Shown here one piece after another: positions 62,166 to 64,000 of a stretch of DNA of 64,000 bases. Position 1 is the first letter of the stretch, and every line of letters starts with the position of its first letter. The DNA is from an uncultured delta proteobacterium. GTDB taxonomy: Bacteria > Desulfobacterota > Binatia > Binatales > Binataceae. The position numbers and the translations under genes are program-made. Location: assembly GCA_963805315.1 (NCBI GenBank), contig CAWDTQ010000002.1:137694-201693 (forward strand), written 5' to 3'. Below the pieces are notes generated by a model. It had not been told where the DNA came from, ran no database searches, and was given only the letters and a program-made list of their open reading frames with translations.

Positions 62166-63338
<1,173 letters not shown>

Positions 63339-63394
63339 ATGCATGCACCGCTCAGGAACCATCGCGTAGCTCGCTTGGTTTTAGCTTTCAGGAT

Positions 63395-64000
63395 ATGACG
63401 CGCAATTTCCGATTTTTTTCTCACGGCAGGCTGATCGCCGGAATTTTCCTCGCTGTATCTTTGCTCGCGGTGCCGGCGGCGCACGCGGTCAAGGCCAATG
63501 AACTCGTAAAAATCACATCGGCCACGATCGATCCTCCGCTAAAGGCGGGCGGCGCCAGCACGCTCAAGGTCGCCGCCGAGGTGATCGCGGAATGGCATAT
63601 CAATTCGGACAAGCCCTTCAGCGAGGATTACATACCGACCAAGCTCGCGGTCAGCGGCCCGGTCAGCGTGACGGCGGGTGCGGTCAAGTATCCTCCGGCC
63701 GAAACGATGAACCTCGACCCCGCGGCCGGCGGCGACAAGATCTCGGTGTTCGGCGGCGAGCTGAAGTTCGAGGTGCCGCTCAAGGCGAGCGCCGACTTCG
63801 CACCCAAGCCGGGCGACGCGCTGACGGTCACGATCGACTACCAGGGATGCAACAACAATGAATGCTTGCGGCCTGCGTCCGTCAGTACCACGGTCGCGCT
63901 GGCGGCTCCTGGAGCGGCAGCGGGCGCGGTGGAAGCAATTGGCATTAGCGGTGCTATGGGGGGCGGCTCCGGGACCGGCGACGATTCCGGCGGCGCGCTC
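63395..64000 (+). CDS. DsbD-family thiol:disulfide interchange protein, N-terminal (DsbD-alpha-like) domain; 3' end beyond window
   Basis: ATG 63395 is open to the window end. My translation gives MTRNFRFFSHGRLIAGIFLAVSLLAVPAAHA (signal) ...WHINSDKP...TIDYQGCNNNECLRPAS, the Cys pair typical of the DsbD N-terminal domain. Confidence 0.55.
   Translation, partial: MTRNFRFFSHGRLIAGIFLAVSLLAVPAAHAVKANELVKITSATIDPPLKAGGASTLKVAAEVIAEWHINSDKPFSEDYIPTKLAVSGPVSVTAGAVKYPPAETMNLDPAAGGDKISVFGGELKFEVPLKASADFAPKPGDALTVTIDYQGCNNNECLRPASVSTTVALAAPGAAAGAVEAIGISGAMGGGSGTGDDSGGAL

Overview
This is a GC-rich (roughly 60-70% in most genes) bacterial chromosomal window holding about 55 protein genes. I found no rRNA, tRNA, CRISPR array, transposase or integrase. 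Recognisable content, left to right: the 5' part of a cyclic beta-1,2-glucan synthase gene; rluD-like, Hpt, HdeD, msrA and a ZIP transporter; a sulP-ppk2 pair; an RND adaptor and permease pair; cysK; a BisC/TorZ-type molybdoenzyme; a Rhizobium/P. stutzeri-type rhamnose module (kinase, bifunctional aldolase/dehydrogenase, isomerase); an accessory-looking stretch (P450, TetR, two formylglycine-type sulfatases, DhlA-like haloalkane dehalogenase, DUF1330, EEP nuclease/phosphatase, a diiron protein, a DCC-lipase-maturation-factor fusion, nitronate monooxygenase); fumC; a ferredoxin/DsbA-like/peroxiredoxin group; an orphan tadE-tadE-tadG trio; the conserved rpmH-rnpA-yidD-yidC-jag operon; selB; etfBA; an epoxide-hydrolase-like hydrolase; a class-C beta-lactamase-family hydrolase; DUF1329; a small HNH-like protein; an ABC-F ATPase; a sugar-1-kinase and nucleotidyltransferase pair; a ribBA-like gene; and the start of a dsbD-like gene. 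I did not find a convincing new multi-gene defence or mobile system. The observations most worth following up are structural. (1) A 55-90 nt double-hairpin intergenic repeat occurs four times between 45 and 55 kb. Its orientation always follows the flanking transcription, and both stems carry compensatory base changes. (2) The lower-GC sulP-ppk2 cassette is bracketed by a 99-nt, 87%-identical duplication of the 5' end of the RND adaptor gene. (3) A roughly 380-bp element bounded by an inverted repeat and carrying an iterated 23-nt motif sits in the spacer upstream of the fumC 3' end. (4) At least 14 single-nucleotide frame breaks interrupt 12 otherwise well-conserved genes, and 12 of the 14 are +1. 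This most likely reflects indel errors in the assembly and affects every gene call here. Many long ORFs in the supplied track are antisense shadow ORFs typical of GC-rich DNA and were not called.
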